From Candidatus Fermentibacterota bacterium (lineage in GTDB: Bacteria; Fermentibacterota; Fermentibacteria; Fermentibacterales; JCC-6): a stretch of 64,000 nucleotides of DNA. The position numbers were made by a program, and so were the translations under genes. How positions within the stretch are numbered: the first letter of the stretch is position 1; each line of letters begins with the position of its first letter. The notes under the pieces were generated by a model, which was not told the origin of the DNA, did not search any database, and worked only from the letters and a program-made list of their open reading frames with translations. The stretch is taken from contig CAWJQI010000001.1 of assembly GCA_963845085.1 (NCBI GenBank), positions 393,845 to 457,844 on the forward strand, in the 5' to 3' direction. This document shows, one piece after another, positions 43,418 through 53,763 of the stretch.

Positions 43418-43978
43418 TCAGACAGGTATCAGAACCGCCGGCAGGGAATCATGACTGGACAGCTTGTTGCAATGGTAACGGTGTTTTTCCCCAAGTTCGG
43501 CAATAAGGAGGTTGGCCTGCTCCAATGAGAGCCTTTCCTCGATTACCGCAAGGTTCAACAGGTCTCGGGTGGTGACAAGTCTGTCCAGAATCCCGATTCT
43601 CCTGCTGCTGTAATGAAGCACCTGTTCTTTCGTCACATGCGAGAATACACCCCTCTGTAGCTGCATAGGCAAGGCTCGAAGCCTCACCTTCGCCGAGACC
43701 GGCTTGCCTAATAGATAAGTGAAGATTCACAACATCAATTGAATCAGGGTCAACCACCTTAAGTGCCCCTGCCTCCAGAAGAGTGTCCAGCATTGTTCTC
43801 TGAGCCGGATCCATAATCTCTTTGAGAACGCTCCGGGTGATCACCAGCCGGAAGTACACGCTTCTGTGAGTATGGGAAAACTCTTCAGACGCAGGAAATT
43901 GATGAGAATGCAGCTGTCCGCCACCAGCAGGGGTGTTTCCCGCTGCTGCTTTGTGGGCGGTGAAGGATGGCTAACCAA
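43418..43978 (-). CDS. PIN-domain protein (putative toxin), two frameshifts
   Basis: LVADSCILINF...VLKEI...LGEGEASSLAYA...ILACDE...TTRDLL. Confidence 0.78.
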
Positions 43979-45206
43979 TGGGCTCCAGAGACGAGACTGC
44001 CTCCTCCACCTCTTCCCTGCCAATATCCGCCAAGGAAGCGATCTCGACAATTCTTCCGGTGGTCACCAACCCCCTTCGATAGGCTTCCAGTGCCAGGCCC
44101 ATAAGCCTGTCCCTGAAACTTGATCCCTGGTCTTCCCTGCAGATGGAAGGTGACCGGAACATCCCATTGAAACTCTTCAAACCGCCATTTCTGAGACTAC
44201 TGAGAAAGCCGTCCCTTTCCTTTTCCGAAAGAAGACGGATGTTGGCCAACCTGTACACAGCAGTTTCGGGGCTTACCCCGAAATGATCCGCGAGCAGAAG
44301 GATATCGTAGAGCTGAATGCTCTGCTCCACGGCAATGTTGCGTTCGTTTGCAGAAACCTCGGAATGCTCATTAAAGGAAGAGTACTCCACCCGGGAAGGC
44401 TTCCCCTTGCCACAGGCATGAATGAAACGCATGAAGCCTTCTTCAGGCGCGAGAAACGCTGCAGCAAATGAATTGGCTCTGACCTCACGCAACGCATCAG
44501 CATCGGAATTCTGGCTGATGACCACCCTGGAATCGTGCCTGAGATCAAGAAGAACATGGGCGAATTCATCGCCAGGGAAAACCTTTGTCTTGCCGGAGAG
44601 TGGCTGGAATTGACAAAAACATGGAACCCGTTGTCTTGCATGATGGAGATACCCGATATCTCCGCAGAGAGGGGTACGAGGCTCGCGCATACACCACTAT
44701 CAGACAGAACGTTGACGACATTCTCTATCGGAGCGTAGCCAAGCCCAAGTCTCTGCCGTTCCTGAGCAGCAATCCTCTCCCCTTGCCGAATTGACTCTAT
44801 CTTGGAGAAAGGGGTCTGCATCCTGTAGCATGGCATTGATTCGGATGCCCGGGGGAACCGCAAGCTTCTCCTCCAACCAGGAGACTTCCTGGCCGATCCT
44901 GACGCACTTCCGAACACAGTCCTGAGCTTCTTCATTCTCCTGAAGACCCGGATCGGCCCTGAGTAGCATAACTGTTGGGTCAATACCTTCGGGACTCGCC
45001 AAAAGAGATTCCAAACCGCACCCCAACCGGTATGCCATGTTCTCGAGCACCGCGATTCCGGGATTCCTCATACCCGACTCGTACGAAGCCAGAGCGGATC
45101 GGGACACACCAAGCCATCTGGCCAGAGTTTCCTGGGAGAGACCCTGTCTCTCCCGGAAGCCCCTCAGCCTTTGCGCAAGACTTTCTTCAGTCAACGTATC
45201 CTCCAA
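43971..45206 (-). CDS. XRE-HTH + ImmA/IrrE Zn-metallopeptidase, frameshifted
   Basis: GLSQETLARWLGVSRSALASYESG; RQRFSLA, where one added C restores HEFAH; EVRANSFAAAFL; FGVS. Confidence 0.85.
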
Positions 45207-45637
45207 TCACTTGCCCAGTAAAGGCAGGCTGGCTGGAGTGAGTCCATCCAAAACCTGGTGTGATAGAAAGCCGAAGAGAAAGGCCACTAGAAGACAGAGA
45301 AGAACAAACATAACTCCCTTCCTGTATTCCTCCTCCTCTCGCGAGCTGTAGAAACGGGTTTCAGTCTCGCTTTCGGCAATGCTTCGGATGCCATGCAGGC
45401 ACTCCGAGACCATCACAGAAGCCCCAGTTCCTGCCGCAACGGAATGCCAGATACTGCGATGGTTTGGGCAATTGGCAGGTTCCAGTTTATCGGGTACAGC
45501 GGAACCGAGAGCAGAGGCCGCCAGCATCCCCACTTCCAGTACTGGATTGAGTGCTCGGCCAACTGCCTTCCTGCAGGCCAGTACCGCCGGAAATCCAAAT
45601 AAACGCCTGCAGTGGTATGAACAACTTTTCCTGGCAT
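45207..45637 (-). CDS. YdjM-like metal-dependent membrane hydrolase, frameshifted
   Basis: MPGKVVH..AG; GSAVPDKLEP...HRSIWHS; GFLSHQVLDGLTP. Confidence 0.72.
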
Positions 45638-46208
45638 GTTTCACCTCCTTTCCTCCGAGAGGATCATACAGCATGTGTCATAGTTTGTCAATTCTTGCCA
45701 TTCCCGGTCATACCTTTCACGAGCAAGCCACTGAAGGACTATGCTCGTGACGGCAAACCCGATTTAGAATGAATTTTCAGTTGGTTTGTCTGAGAAAGGA
45801 TGTCTGACTTTACCCGTTACATTCCATGGCAAATCCTGATTCCAAGCTGTTTCGTACACTGGAACCTTGAAGTGGCGCCATTTTCGATACAGTTCGTTGG
45901 TCAGTTTTTACCAGACTCAGGCTGCTTCATGGTTTCCGATTTGCCAGCTTGAGTATATGCTTCTGTCTCCAAGAAATCAGAAACTTCTCTCTATACTGAA
46001 TCAGCCCAGTTATCTGCGTGCCCCTTCCATGTCCCTGAAACTCTTCAGGCAAACCTCCTCTCGTACTGCACCGTCCGATGTCTGCAAAGGGGTGCCAATT
46101 CAGGTCGGGAAGGTTGGTCTCATCTTCGGATGATGCTGCAATTGGCATTCATCCCTCAAGATGTGCTCGTCAGCAGCACTCACAACTCAGAAGCCGGAAC
46201 TAGGGATC

Positions 46209-47333
46209 TCACGGAACCTCGTACAAAAGAACCTGCACAAACTCCGCTGAAGGGTCGAAGGTGAACCCCGCCATGCCCCAAGGGCTGATTCGGATGTCCA
46301 GGTATCTGCCATTCACAGGAGTTCCGTCAATCCTGACGTAAGTGATGAGATTGCCATTCTGATCGTAAACACGAAAAAGGGGCGGATCGGATCCACCTAC
46401 TCTGGCCCAGATCAGGGAGTTCCTGTCGATGCCCAGGGAAGTCACCGTAAGCCAGGACTCCTGCGGGGTGTAGGTAATGCTCATACCCAACCGGTTGGCA
46501 AAGCTGGTGTAGTATTCCTGTTCCCTGTTGGTGTCCTCTTCAGTCAACTCTGCCAGGGGGAATTCATCCTCGATCAAATCAAGAAGCTCCCCTTCAGGTG
46601 AGCACTTCAGGATTCTGAGTTGTGATTCCGTCGACTCCGAAATGTAGACATTACCTTGAGCGTCAACGGTTGCAACAGGTTCCTCAGTACACATTCGATA
46701 AAGCTGCCTTCGGAGTGGTCAATCCTGCTGGAGTCACTCCAGAACACCACTGGAAGGGGGTTACCCGCATTGTACAACCCGTATTGTGCGGTGCGAACCG
46801 GAACCTGCCCTGCGATGAAGGCCCAACTCCTGATAGCTGTGAAAGTGCTATCGCGGTTGCCAAGCATCTTATGCAGCATCGGTCGGGTGTAACTGTCGTT
46901 GAGTCCCAGCCACTCGGCGCTTTCAGCGTTGAATGTGTTCAATCCCCTCGCGTCAGAAACAAACAGAAGTTCAGACTGGGTAAGTGCAACACCGCAGGGC
47001 TCGCTGAATTCACCCGGACCTTCGCCTTTCTTCCCATAGCACATCATCAACTCACCGGAACTTGAAAACCTTCTAACTTCAGCCCGCAAAGGATCCACAA
47101 CGAAGACCGATCCGTCAGGTCCATGACAGATATCTCTAACACTCGCGAACCCGTAATCACTGTAGAAATTCTCGTCGCCTATACCACCTGGTGAGCTATG
47201 ACGAGAGTATCAGGTTGCTCATCAGTCACATAACTCTCCGGTTGATTCGCACACGAGGTAATGAGAAAAACAACCGTCATTGCGAAACAGCTCTCAGTTT
47301 CGAACCAACCACGCAATGCTGGGGAGATGGCAT
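46209..47333 (-). CDS. 6-bladed beta-propeller lipoprotein, frameshifted
   Basis: VFLITSC lipobox, GKKGEGPGEFSEP, DAQGNVYI, GIDRNSLIW; GGAGG before ATG 47333. Confidence 0.7.
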
Positions 47334-47443
47334 GGGCAAACCTCCACTGGTGCTGCCACCCTTCATAATACTTTCTACTACTTGTTCGCCAGCGATCTGA
47401 AACTGGGCTGCACAGGAAGAGTTACTGGGAATCTCTTCAAGAC

Positions 47444-48101
47444 TTATTCTCCACCCGTCACACCCTTATCCCTGAAATAAGCAGCCAGCCTTTGCCAAAG
47501 CCGTGAATGCACCTTCGGTCTGTTTCTTGTTATCTCGAACCATGCGGCATCAGGGTACCGGGCGTACAACGCCTGATCTTTCTCAGAAGATGGTGACCGG
47601 TCCGCTTCCCTGATTCGATTTTCTGGATGGTGAACGGTGAGAAGTCAAAAGACTAACCCGAACTCCCGAAGTGAAAGACCCAGGTCTTGTACGGAACTCC
47701 CTTGCCTCTTCTGCACCGAAGTTCTCCATTGCAGCCGGCCTCGAATACAAGGCAGGATGGTCCACGCCTGCCCGATGGTTGTCAGTAGTACGAATGGATC
47801 AATCTCATAAGGACTTATCCCGGAAGCAGCGCAGTACTCCGGATAGGCAGGGTTTTCCCTTGAAGGGATCCTGTCCTCTAAAGGAGGGAAAGAGCTGTTC
47901 CAAGAAGAAGCTCTTCCGGGCGAGGGGAAGTTCCGGTCCGACAGACACTGCGTCCGGTTGCCTGAGGTAAGCGTCTTCGTATGTAAACAGGAAACCTTTC
48001 TTCCCGTCAGGATCTGTGTGCTGTTCAAGCCTGCCGGCATAGTCACGCGTCCTTCTGCCTTCCGCAAAAACATCAACGCCGGGCATTTCACGGTCGCGCA
48101 T
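47444..48101 (-). CDS. HipA-N-terminal-like domain fused to a C-terminal XRE HTH, frameshifted
   Basis: AGRL...FLFTYEDAYL...VGPELPL...LFPSF.DRIPSRENP; GLSLREFGLV.DFSPFTIQKIESGK. Confidence 0.72.
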
Positions 48102-49007
48102 TATTCAGCTCCTCCGCTCTCTTCATGATAAGCCTCTGGATCGATTTTGCTCGTTCTTCTGAAAGGAATTTCCAGCCAGTAAGCGTCATGAACCTGTCCA
48201 CATCAACCCGTCGCTTGAACTCCTCTACCACGGAAGCAAAACCAAGCCTTCCGAATTCCACGACATAGTCATTCATCTCCGGATCGGGGTTTGCGTTGGT
48301 GGCAATCCTCCCCCTCGGGCTGTGATCAGCCCGAAGGAAAGCAGCGTCCTCAATCCCGAGGTAGGAAGGATTGTCATAGAAGGGTGCCAGAGTGTACTGC
48401 CCACCCTTTTCGATAAAGCCCAGGTTCCTGCCGTGTCTGTCGTGGTTGCCTATCAGAGAATCGAAGAGGCACAGTTTGATGAAGCGCTCTATTTCAAATA
48501 GCCTGCCGGTTTTCTCGCCAATCACGCCAATCAGCGTCTCGCAATCGAATGAACCGCCCACGATGAAGTGGTGGATGTGTTGCAGCGATTCTTTCCTTCC
48601 CGTCGAATGAAGTTCCTCACCGCCAGCGCTGACACGCCGTTGAACCGGATCAGAACGAAGTGAGGTATTCTGATCCCAAGAGAGTGCGCGATCTGGTTGC
48701 AGAGGTGCTCGGTGGCGGGAAGCTCGGGATACTCCTTCTCCTCAACCTTCAGAATGAAAGAAACGCCTTCCAGCCTGGCATCGTACTTCCTGAACTTGCC
48801 CTGAAGAAAGCTCGACACGACATCAGCGTCATTAACCGGCCGGCCGACTGAGCTCGTCCTGCGTCCGTTTGCTTACGTGCCAGGCCCGTGTAATTCGGCA
48901 AGCCCATCCACACCAAATGATTCCCGAAAACAGGCCGGATGCAGGCCGTAGTGTTCTTCCTGCCCTGCCTGCATCTCTTCACCGCAGTGAAAGCATCGCA
49001 TTCTCAT
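48088..49007 (-). CDS. HipA-C-domain kinase, frameshifted
   Basis: N-terminal CFHC...HPAC; SFLQGKFRK, FILK, ELPATEHLC, DSLIGNHDRHGRN, LAPFYD. Confidence 0.85.
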
Positions 49008-49203
49008 GGCTCCCTTCACAAAGGAATATTGAAGGAGTCAATACTGTTGTCAAGATAGCACAACAAATGCCTGTTGCATTATTGCTACACTAATGCGGGA
49101 AGAAACCTGGTTGCGTCTGCTTCAAGGGCCTGCTGAGAATGGCCGCTCAGTGATGTGTTTGCCTGATGGGGTGGCTTCCGGGTACGGTTCCCCCGCAGCC
49201 GCT

Positions 49204-49575
49204 CTACCCCTCCACCGGCCTGACCATCCCCACCTTCAAACCAAGCTTCCCGACTATGGGAAGGGGTTTCACCTTTCCACCGGATGCGTTCACGAGCCCA
49301 TTGATGAACAGGGTCAGAAGAGGGATGCCGATGAACAGGCAATAGATAATCATGAAGATCAGTCCGATCAGCGGGATGAAGGAGAGAATCCAGAGGAAAC
49401 CGGAAAGCATCCATGCCAGCATGATCACAAGGCTCTGCTGGGCGTGGTAGAGGACGTATTTGTTATCCTTGCTCGTAAGGTAGGCGACAAGGAAGCCCGG
49501 TAACCCGAAATAGGCCACCGTTGCCATGGCCTTGCCCTCCTCGATCTCCGCGGAAGTAATTCCAAAATCGTTCAT
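49204..49575 (-). CDS. DUF4870 family membrane protein
   Basis: MATVAYFG...YHAQQSL...GLVNASGGKVKPLPIVG. Confidence 0.8.
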   Translation of the reverse strand: MNDFGITSAEIEEGKAMATVAYFGLPGFLVAYLTSKDNKYVLYHAQQSLVIMLAWMLSGFLWILSFIPLIGLIFMIIYCLFIGIPLLTLFINGLVNASGGKVKPLPIVGKLGLKVGMVRPVEG

Positions 49576-49600
49576 AGGTTTCCTCCAGTGAGATATTCCT

Positions 49601-50068
49601 TCAGGGCGACCACTCGCTGAACCTGATCTCCGTTACCATTCCGGCTTCATCAAGCATCAGAGTCAGGCGGCACCCAGCTCCGGATTCGGTTACGACCTCG
49701 CGGACGATTGCCTGCCCGTCCCGCGAAACAAGTTCCGGCATCTGCCCGCAGGAAAGCACTAATCCATAGTCCAGGGCTTCTTCCTCTGAGACGGGATGGC
49801 CGGGAACGATCGAAGTGACAATTCCTTCAGTGCCGAAGCCCTGTCTTGTCAGAACAGCATCTGCGAACTGATATCGTTTGATGTAGTAATCCCATGGCTC
49901 GATGCCGAAAGCTTCGGAAGCCTCTCCCCAGGTCGGGATCAGAGCGTAGTTTTCCTGCGAGAAGTCGACGTTCCTGAATGAGGTTTCGTCAGCCAGTTCG
50001 ATGACATCCTGCGCAATGCAGGTGCCAGACAAGTGCAGCAGCAGTATACCAAGAAGCAGCCGTCTCAT
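49601..50068 (-). CDS. Secreted hypothetical protein
   Basis: MRRLLLGILLLHLSGTCIA signal peptide. Confidence 0.65.
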   Translation of the reverse strand: MRRLLLGILLLHLSGTCIAQDVIELADETSFRNVDFSQENYALIPTWGEASEAFGIEPWDYYIKRYQFADAVLTRQGFGTEGIVTSIVPGHPVSEEEALDYGLVLSCGQMPELVSRDGQAIVREVVTESGAGCRLTLMLDEAGMVTEIRFSEWSP

Positions 50069-50169
50069 GAGCCCCCCCATTGCCTTGCATTCCCGTCAAC
50101 CTGCCCGGATCGAGGCGCAGCATACGCGGGAACAGCCTCAAGGTCAACGAGCAGGGGTGCCGCCGGTTC

Positions 50170-51306
50170 TTACCTGAGGAGATAGAGTTTCTGAAAGCCC
50201 TCTTCAGGGTCCAGTTCCCACGCGAGTATCCCGTTGGGTGTGATCTCGGTAGCCCAGCTCCAGCTGTCCTTTGGAAAAACGGCCTGACGAAGCGGGTTCC
50301 CATCGAGGTCGTAGATGTCGAAAAAGATGTCGGTACGGGTTCCCCGCCTTACCCACAGGTTCCGGTCCGGTCCGACCCCGACATCGCTTATCATGTTCCT
50401 GTGCTGACAGGGATGAAAGTCAAAGCCCAGGGGCCTGCCACTGAGGCTCTGGTAAGAATAACTCGCAAAAATGCTCTCACGCTCTATCTCTTCACCGGTT
50501 TTCTCCACCGGAGCGATACTGCGCGTGATGTTGAGCACCTCCGCACCGGTTGAATCCCACCCCATGACCCGGTATTCAAACGGATCGATGGGAGCGAAGT
50601 AGACAACTCCTTCCCCATCTCCGCCGGTGATCGGCAACTCAAGGCATTCATATCGGAACCATGCGCTTGGATTGTCATTGTAGTCGGCTTCCGTCATCCT
50701 CAGGGAGTCCTTCCAGAGAAGGATCTCCCACTCCCTTTCACCCCAGGCATGCATGCCGATCGTATGGCGGATGAAGTCGTTGTTCTGATCACCGTCACAC
50801 CTGCACACAGAAAGCCATGAATTCGTAATGGGAGTGATGTGGTAGGGGGCGTTTTCTATCCACAGCCCTAATTCTTCCACGAATTCGAGTGAATCATCGA
50901 AGACGATGTAGCCCATCTTGTCAATCGAATTGATGCAGACCCGTCCATCCGGCATTATGAACAATCCAGTGACATGGTTTGATTCCCCTGGTCCGCTTCC
51001 TCGGCGGGAAACCTGCCTGATATAGTTGCCCTCAAGGTCGAAGACCTTAAGACAGGCGGCGATCTCATCAAGAACAAATATCCTTCCCTGATCGTCGATA
51101 CTCGCATCGATGATCGACCCGAAAATTGATGTTGAGTCGCCCAGCTCCCGACCAATTTCAAGGGCACATTCGAGGGTGTCAACAGGAAGCGCAGCCTGAT
51201 ATTCATTTGTTTCTACGGGATGGTTCCCTCCGCTGCATCCTGCCGCGAGCGCAATGCAGCAGGCGAGGACGGCTGAAATGCGTACCGTGGCAGTACCTGT
51301 TCCCAA
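50170..51306 (-). CDS. 6-bladed beta-propeller lipoprotein (unit 2)
   Basis: LAAGC lipobox; DDQGRIFVLDE...RRGSGPGE; start uncertain. Confidence 0.82.
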   Translation of the reverse strand: MGTGTATVRISAVLACCIALAAGCSGGNHPVETNEYQAALPVDTLECALEIGRELGDSTSIFGSIIDASIDDQGRIFVLDEIAACLKVFDLEGNYIRQVSRRGSGPGESNHVTGLFIMPDGRVCINSIDKMGYIVFDDSLEFVEELGLWIENAPYHITPITNSWLSVCRCDGDQNNDFIRHTIGMHAWGEREWEILLWKDSLRMTEADYNDNPSAWFRYECLELPITGGDGEGVVYFAPIDPFEYRVMGWDSTGAEVLNITRSIAPVEKTGEEIERESIFASYSYQSLSGRPLGFDFHPCQHRNMISDVGVGPDRNLWVRRGTRTDIFFDIYDLDGNPLRQAVFPKDSWSWATEITPNGILAWELDPEEGFQKLYLLR

Positions 51307-51347
51307 TCGGTTCCTGGGGTTTTCGCTGCTGCGCTCAGGGCGAACAA

Positions 51348-51527
51348 TCAATCCATCTCTCCCATCATGCACTGGGGAGACGGCATTGCCCCGCCGGGCC
51401 AGCACATGATGTAGTCTTCCCCACCGCTGATGCAATTGCTTTTTGGAATCACTCCATTCTTGCAGTCCTTGATACCTCTGCCTGTACTGCCGATTTCGAC
51501 AAGCTCAGGGTTGCTCCACTCCATCAT
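51348..51527 (-). CDS. CxxG-repeat peptide, ScmA-like RiPP precursor candidate (unit 2)
   Basis: MMEWSNPELVEIGSTGRGIKDCKNGVIPKSNCISGGEDYIMCWPGGAMPSPQCMMGEMD; GAAAGG RBS. Confidence 0.8.
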   Translation of the reverse strand: MMEWSNPELVEIGSTGRGIKDCKNGVIPKSNCISGGEDYIMCWPGGAMPSPQCMMGEMD

Positions 51528-51723
51528 CTTCACCTTTCGTTAAGAAGTTCCTGGATTTCTGGAATCATCAGCATTGCTGAAACAACCAAGGAATTGTTTA
51601 CTCGCCAATGTCTTGGAGAAACCAGCCGTATCAGACTGGCATTTGGCTTGGCGCCTCAACTTAACGGGCGCACACCCCGAACATCCGATGGAAAACCGAA
51701 CTGCTTCTTGCTGCATCTGATGG

Positions 51724-52278
51724 TCATCCACCTTCTTTCCCGGAGTTTCCCGGCATTCTAAAACCGATGGGATCGCATTTCTTCGGCTTCGGTGACTCAA
51801 TAAGGCTTTTAATGCCTTCCACCATGCCGACCAGAATGGAGTCGTGCTGTATGACCCGCTCTTCGAGTTTTTCAAGCCTGCGAGAGAGAACCTCATTGGA
51901 GAATACCAGTTCCCTCAACTTCACGAACACCCTAATTATGAACACACTCATCCTGGCGGCTTGTTCCGAGTTCAGAACATTTGCTGCCTGAAGGGCTCCG
52001 TGCTCGGTAAAAACCAGAGGGAGCTTTCTCCTTCCTCCCCAGCTCGATCTTGTTGTCGCATTTTGCGACATCAAGATCATGTGCTCTTCCCCTGTCAACT
52101 GAAACATGAAATCTTCAGGAAACTTGGAAATGTTTCTTCGTACCTGTTCATTCAACCGTCTCGTCTCCACACCGTACAGCTTGGCAAGATCAGAATCAGA
52201 AATTACACTGACGCCGCGGACATTGATGATGCTCAATGCAATCTTCCGCTCAACGAGGGCATCAGATTCTTCGGACAA
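51724..52278 (-). CDS. ORF6N-domain DNA-binding protein
   Basis: DSDLAKLYGVETRRLNEQVRRN..KFPEDFMFQLT...GGRRKLP.VFTEHG. Confidence 0.9.
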   Translation of the reverse strand: MSEESDALVERKIALSIINVRGVSVISDSDLAKLYGVETRRLNEQVRRNISKFPEDFMFQLTGEEHMILMSQNATTRSSWGGRRKLPLVFTEHGALQAANVLNSEQAARMSVFIIRVFVKLRELVFSNEVLSRRLEKLEERVIQHDSILVGMVEGIKSLIESPKPKKCDPIGFRMPGNSGKEGG

Positions 52279-52314
52279 TTCTGTTGAGGTTCCCTTCGTT
52301 CATCTTGATGACAA

Positions 52315-53487
52315 TCACCTGATCAGGAAAAGTTTCTGATAGCCCTCTTCAGGGTCCAGCTCCCACGCGAGTATCCCGTGAGGGGTGATCTCGGTAGCCC
52401 AGACCCAGCTGTCCTTCGGAAATACGGCCTGACGAAGCGGGTTGCCCTCGAGGTCGTAGATGTCGAAAAAGAGATCGGTGCGAGTTCCCCGCCTTACCCA
52501 CAGGTTCCGGTCCGGTCCGATCCCGACATCGCTGATCATGTTCTTATAGGGAGACGGATGGAACTCGAACATCAGGGGCCTCCCGCCCCTCAGTGGAAAG
52601 TAGTCGTTCACGTACGAGATCTCGTACTCGATCTCCGAGTCTGTCTTCAGAACGGGTGCAATGCTCCTGGTGAAGTTGAGGATCTCAGTGCCTGTCGAGT
52701 CCCAGCCGATCACCCTGTACTCAAAGGGGTCAACGGGTGCAAAAAACGTTCGCCCTGCTCCATCGCCTCCGGGAGCGTACAATTCGAACCAGCAGAAAAC
52801 ATAGAATTCCGATGGATCTCTGTTGAATTCGGCATCACTAATCTCCAGGGAGTCCTTCCAGAGAAGCTCGGTCATCTCGGCCTCGCCCCATCGGTAGATG
52901 CCCACAGTATGTCGCGTGACATCAGGAGTCGGGCTTCCATCATACCTGCAGGCAAGAATCCTGTCGTTCGAAATCGGGGTGACATGATAGGGCGGGTTTT
53001 CACACCAGAGCCGGACTTCCTCAAGCAGTTCGAGTGAATCGTCAAACATGACGTAACCCCATTTGTTTGCCTCTGTGACGGCAATCCTGCCATCGGGCAT
53101 GATGAAGAGTCCCTGGGGACACATAAGTTCACCCGGTCCGTCTCCGCGCCTGGACAGCTGCTGCAGGTAGTTTCCCTGCAGGTCGTACACTTTAATGCAG
53201 GCGGCTATCTCGTCCAGCACGAAAATGCGTCCCAGGTCGTCAATTCCGGCGGCGCGAATTGAGCCGAAGATCTCTGTGGAGTCGCCGATCTCCTGACCAA
53301 TCTCGATAACTGCTTGAAGTGTATCGATTTGAGCGGCGATGTCGTCATCCAGACCCTTCCCGGGATCATCGGAACCACAGCCTGAAAGCGAGCAGAAAGC
53401 CAGAAAGCCGTTCAGGATATGACTAAGGGTACGGGCTGCCCCGGGAAGGCAACATGCTTGGGTGACACAAATCTGTTTCAAGGCCAT
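52315..53487 (-). CDS. 6-bladed beta-propeller lipoprotein (unit 1)
   Basis: LSGC lipobox; DDLGRIFVLDE...RRGDGPGE; AGGAG before ATG 53487. Confidence 0.85.
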   Translation of the reverse strand: MALKQICVTQACCLPGAARTLSHILNGFLAFCSLSGCGSDDPGKGLDDDIAAQIDTLQAVIEIGQEIGDSTEIFGSIRAAGIDDLGRIFVLDEIAACIKVYDLQGNYLQQLSRRGDGPGELMCPQGLFIMPDGRIAVTEANKWGYVMFDDSLELLEEVRLWCENPPYHVTPISNDRILACRYDGSPTPDVTRHTVGIYRWGEAEMTELLWKDSLEISDAEFNRDPSEFYVFCWFELYAPGGDGAGRTFFAPVDPFEYRVIGWDSTGTEILNFTRSIAPVLKTDSEIEYEISYVNDYFPLRGGRPLMFEFHPSPYKNMISDVGIGPDRNLWVRRGTRTDLFFDIYDLEGNPLRQAVFPKDSWVWATEITPHGILAWELDPEEGYQKLFLIR

Positions 53488-53519
53488 ACTCCTGCGTTCT
53501 TTAGCAGGTTGTTTCCAGG

Positions 53520-53704
53520 CTACCAGATACTGCTTCCCGGAGTGCAGACCGGGAAGGCAATGGCTTCGCCACCCCAGCATTCCACATAGAAGAGTGTTCC
53601 TCCGCCGACGCAATCATTTCTTCGGAGCGTTTCCATTTACACATGTTTTCTTGAGCCCTATTCTCCCCATCCAGGGTGATCAGTTCAGGGTTGGTCCAAT
53701 CCAT
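53520..53704 (-). CDS. CxxG-repeat peptide, ScmA-like precursor candidate (unit 1), apparent indels
   Basis: MDWTNPELITLDGENR / CVNGNAPK / NDCVGGGTLFYVECWGGEAIAFPVCTPGSSIW* read across three frames; GAAAGGAG RBS. Confidence 0.7.
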
Positions 53705-53763
53705 GAAGACATCTCCTTTCCTTATTGCAGCAGCTTTAAATGCTTCCAAACGGGCGGCCAGCA

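Noticed and set aside
45927..46148. 73-aa minus-strand ORF, and similarly 54518-54775
   Set aside because: No recognisable motif or context support; left uncalled.
47310..47345. MPSPQ shared between the third propeller's start and peptide 2
   Set aside because: Five-residue match without the leader or CxxG pattern; here it follows a good RBS, so it is treated as coincidence.
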